The position numbers and the translations under genes were made by a program. The notes beneath the pieces are model-generated. The model had not been told where the DNA came from. It saw only the letters and a program-made list of their open reading frames with translations, and searched no databases. This document shows positions 34,196-37,561 of a stretch of 37,561 bases of DNA, one piece after another (the first letter of the stretch is position 1; each line of letters starts with the position of its first letter). This DNA is from Octopus bimaculoides. Its lineage: Eukaryota. Location: positions 2,365,777 through 2,403,337 of the forward strand of contig NC_068995.1 in NCBI RefSeq assembly GCF_001194135.2. The letters are read 5' to 3'.

Positions 34196-35779
34196 GACAC
34201 AGATATAGATATATGTATACATGTGTATATATCATACACACACCCACACATACATATATATATATATGCATGTATGTATGTATATAATTCACACACACGC
34301 ACACACACACACATAAATATGTATGTGTGTATGTATGTATGTATGTGTGTATGCATGCATGCATGTGTGTGTGTGTGTATTGCTATCGTTTTTGTTTGTT
34401 GTTTGCTACAAAAACAAAGAAGCTCTCGATATAACTTTGTGCTAAAAGTGTGCATTGTCTGATATATTTATTTATGCGTGAGATAAACAACGATTAAATT
34501 CTAGATCCCCATCAATCGCATAACGGCTCCGTTCACTTTACGCTTGCTTGCAATAATTTTACATGGCAGCTCTTTAATGGCACTAGACATGTTTTTCGTG
34601 CAGCTGTTACTTACTTGTATATTGTTGTTGTTGAATAACTAGTGCAATTTTTGGTCGTTCGGAAACTATTTTCTGATTAAAGAACCGAAATATTTTGCTA
34701 GCTAAGTTTTACACCTGTATCGTAAAAGTTTTCCTCTCTCTAATGAACGAATATTTCTTGGAGGCAATATTTCACAATCTGTTTGACGAGAATAACATAA
34801 AGGTCAGATAGAGTTGCATGAAAAACATGCTATGTGTCAGTAAGAGACAAATTGTGAAGATACCACAAACAGCAGAAATGCATACGGAGCTGATGTGCGT
34901 TTCGTGAACTATAGGTCTTTGGCTTCTTTAAGGACAAATGACTGGAAAAAGATATCGCCATTGACAGGCATTAACAACCTATATTGATAAGGCTCAGGGC
35001 CCGCTCTTAAATGTTGACTGCACCAACTGAACAACTCACCCTATTAACGCCATTCAGTAAGACACTTTCAAAGTATGTTTGGAAATAAAGAGACGGAAGG
35101 GAAACCACCCAGCTTGCACTGGTTGTATTAGATAAGGTACAATAATTTAGGAACAAATAAATGGAGTGGGAAGAATATGGAAAAACAATTGTGTTGAACA
35201 TCTCATAGTTAATTCAATGACATTCGTTTACTTATGAAATCTTGGATACAGAGGGTGAAATAATAGCGACATACCAAAGTATACCAAAATTCTATATTAA
35301 TAAACGAAATTTCGCTGATGTATGACAGATAACATCAAATTCCGCTGGTATTCACTGCTTACACTTGTAATTGTTGTGTGTAAGGTTTTCAGTGCTAACG
35401 ACCCATCGAGATTTCTTCTCTGAAACTTCTTGGCATCTACGGATGACCGAGAGATCGAACGAAACCGTGAACCGGGTGTGTGCGTATGTGTGTGTGTGTG
35501 TGTGTATGTGCGCGCATGTGTGTGCGTAGACATTTATAGACATATATATATGTATATCACCATTATTCTTCTCTGCTTCTTCTTCATCATCATCATCATT
35601 ACCATCATCTGACTGAGTTCGCTCGGATCTGCCTTCTTGGATTATACCATCCACGACTGTTCCGGAATACTGCCCGACAGGTAAGCAAAGTAACAAACCG
35701 TGACGGTACCCAGGGGGTCAATGAAGGCGCTTACTGCCAAGTGGTTGGTCGCGGACCTCCGTGGAAATGCTAACAGCAA

Positions 35780-36113
35780 TAATTACTACCACTACTACTG
35801 CTGCTGCTACTACTACTACTACTACTACTACTACCACTACTACTACTACAAAAGCAAGAGTAGCTGCAGCGATCGTAACAGCAACAACAAAAACAACAAC
35901 AAACATAACAACTGCAACAGCAACGACAACAACAACAACATGCAAAATAAAAATGTAGGTTAAAACAGTATTGTTGTAGTTGTTGGGATGTTTAGTAGCG
36001 CCACCGCCACCGCCACCACCACCACCATCATCATCATCATGATCATGATCATCATCATCATCATCACTACCACCACCTACATTATCATCAGTAGCACCAC
36101 CGCTATCGTCATT

Positions 36114-36152
<39 letters not shown>

Positions 36153-36162
36153 GTCGTCGTCG

Positions 36163-36193
<31 letters not shown>
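35780..36193. repeat. Compound (CTA)n/(CAA)n/(CAC)n/(CAT)n tract
   Basis: Direct inspection. Confidence 0.93.
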
Positions 36194-36194
<1 letters not shown>

Positions 36195-36385
36195 GGTTGT
36201 TTTTCTAATCTCCTTCATTCTCCAAGACACAGCACTCTCTACATACAGACACGCAACTGTATGCACATGTATGCGTGTATGTATTTAAGCATACAGGTAT
36301 AGACATACGTGCATGTATGTACACATACACACATATATATACATATATATATACATACATATACACACACACGCACGCACGCACA

Positions 36386-36434
<49 letters not shown>

Positions 36435-36921
36435 NNNNNNNNNNNNNNNNNNNNNNNNNNNNNNNNNNNNNNNNNNNNNNNNNNNNNNNNNNNNNNNNNN
36501 NNNNNNNNNNNNNNNNNNNNNNNNNNNNNNNNNNNNNNNNNNNNNNNNNNNNNNNNNNNNNNNNNNNNNNNNNNNNNNNNNNNNNNNNNNNNNNNNNNNN
36601 NNNNNNNNNNNNNNNNNNNNNNNNNNNNNNNNNNNNNNNNNNNNNNNNNNNNNNNNNNNNNNNNNNNNNNNNNNNNNNNNNNNNNNNNNNNNNNNNNNNN
36701 NNNNNNNNNNNNNNNNNNNNNNNNNNNNNNNNNNNNNNNNNNNNNNNNNNNNNNNNNNNNNNNNNNNNNNNNNNNNNNNNNGGGGGGGTTGCATTTTACG
36801 TCGTTGTTCGACCTGCTAGAAATAAGAGTAGAATCTCTCTCAAATTATGTTATACCGCCTTATGTATAGGAAGCATAGATTGAGTATACGATTTTGTCTC
36901 TCTCCCTCTACCAATATGTAC

Positions 36922-37022
<101 letters not shown>

Positions 37023-37492
37023 CCTTTCTACTAAAGGCACAGGCCCCGAAACGTTGGGGGAGGGGACGATAAGGTCACAAGCTGTGACAAAAGAATTTAC
37101 ACTCGCAGGTTAATTAATGAATTTTATAATTAACTAAGTAATTATCACATTTATTAACGATAAAACTGATGTGAAATACGACCAGTGCGTGTATTTCGAT
37201 TGGCATGATGTCCCTCCCTAAATACAACAATAATTCATCTACTTTATGTTGTAAGGTTCATTGTTAGTCGAACGGCATTGGTTAAGTAACAACACAAGGT
37301 ATCTATGTGCAAGTATAACGCGGTTACGGGGACAAAGCGGAAGTAGTTTGAGATGAGACGGACACAATTCGGGAAAGTTTTCATGAAATACTTTATTCCG
37401 ACGGTAAAATCATTCGACCAATGATTAATTATCAAATCTTTCTGCTCCACAAAATGATTCTTTTCATGATGTTGACTAATGAGTGTGTATGC

Positions 37493-37500
37493 AGATAGAC

Positions 37501-37561
<61 letters not shown>
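37493..37561. repeat. (GATA)n microsatellite, runs off the window end
   Basis: Direct inspection. Confidence 0.95.

Overview
Non-coding, repeat-dominated eukaryotic scaffold window. It is probably octopus, judged from recall of three recurring tRNA-headed SINE families and the extreme microsatellite load; no database check was possible. It has 11 N gaps and very dense simple repeats, which explain nearly all ORFs in the supplied track. No protein-coding gene can be named. Supported content: about 18 SINE copies; a decayed RTE-clade LINE reverse-transcriptase fragment (19560-20451, minus) split by a 154-bp TTAA-flanked piggyBac-like MITE; and two hAT-like MITEs with terminal inverted repeats (TIRs) and 8-bp target-site duplications (TSDs). 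The most notable signal is three dispersed copies of a repeat whose core folds as a minimal type I hammerhead ribozyme of the Penelope-associated kind (11536-11571 +, 13794-13830 -, 25530-25566 +). Two of the three carry a CCGA core instead of CUGA. Several plus-strand splice-site pairs and an ETS+YY1+ATG+GTAAGT cluster at 24515-24573 hint at a host gene, but this is low confidence.
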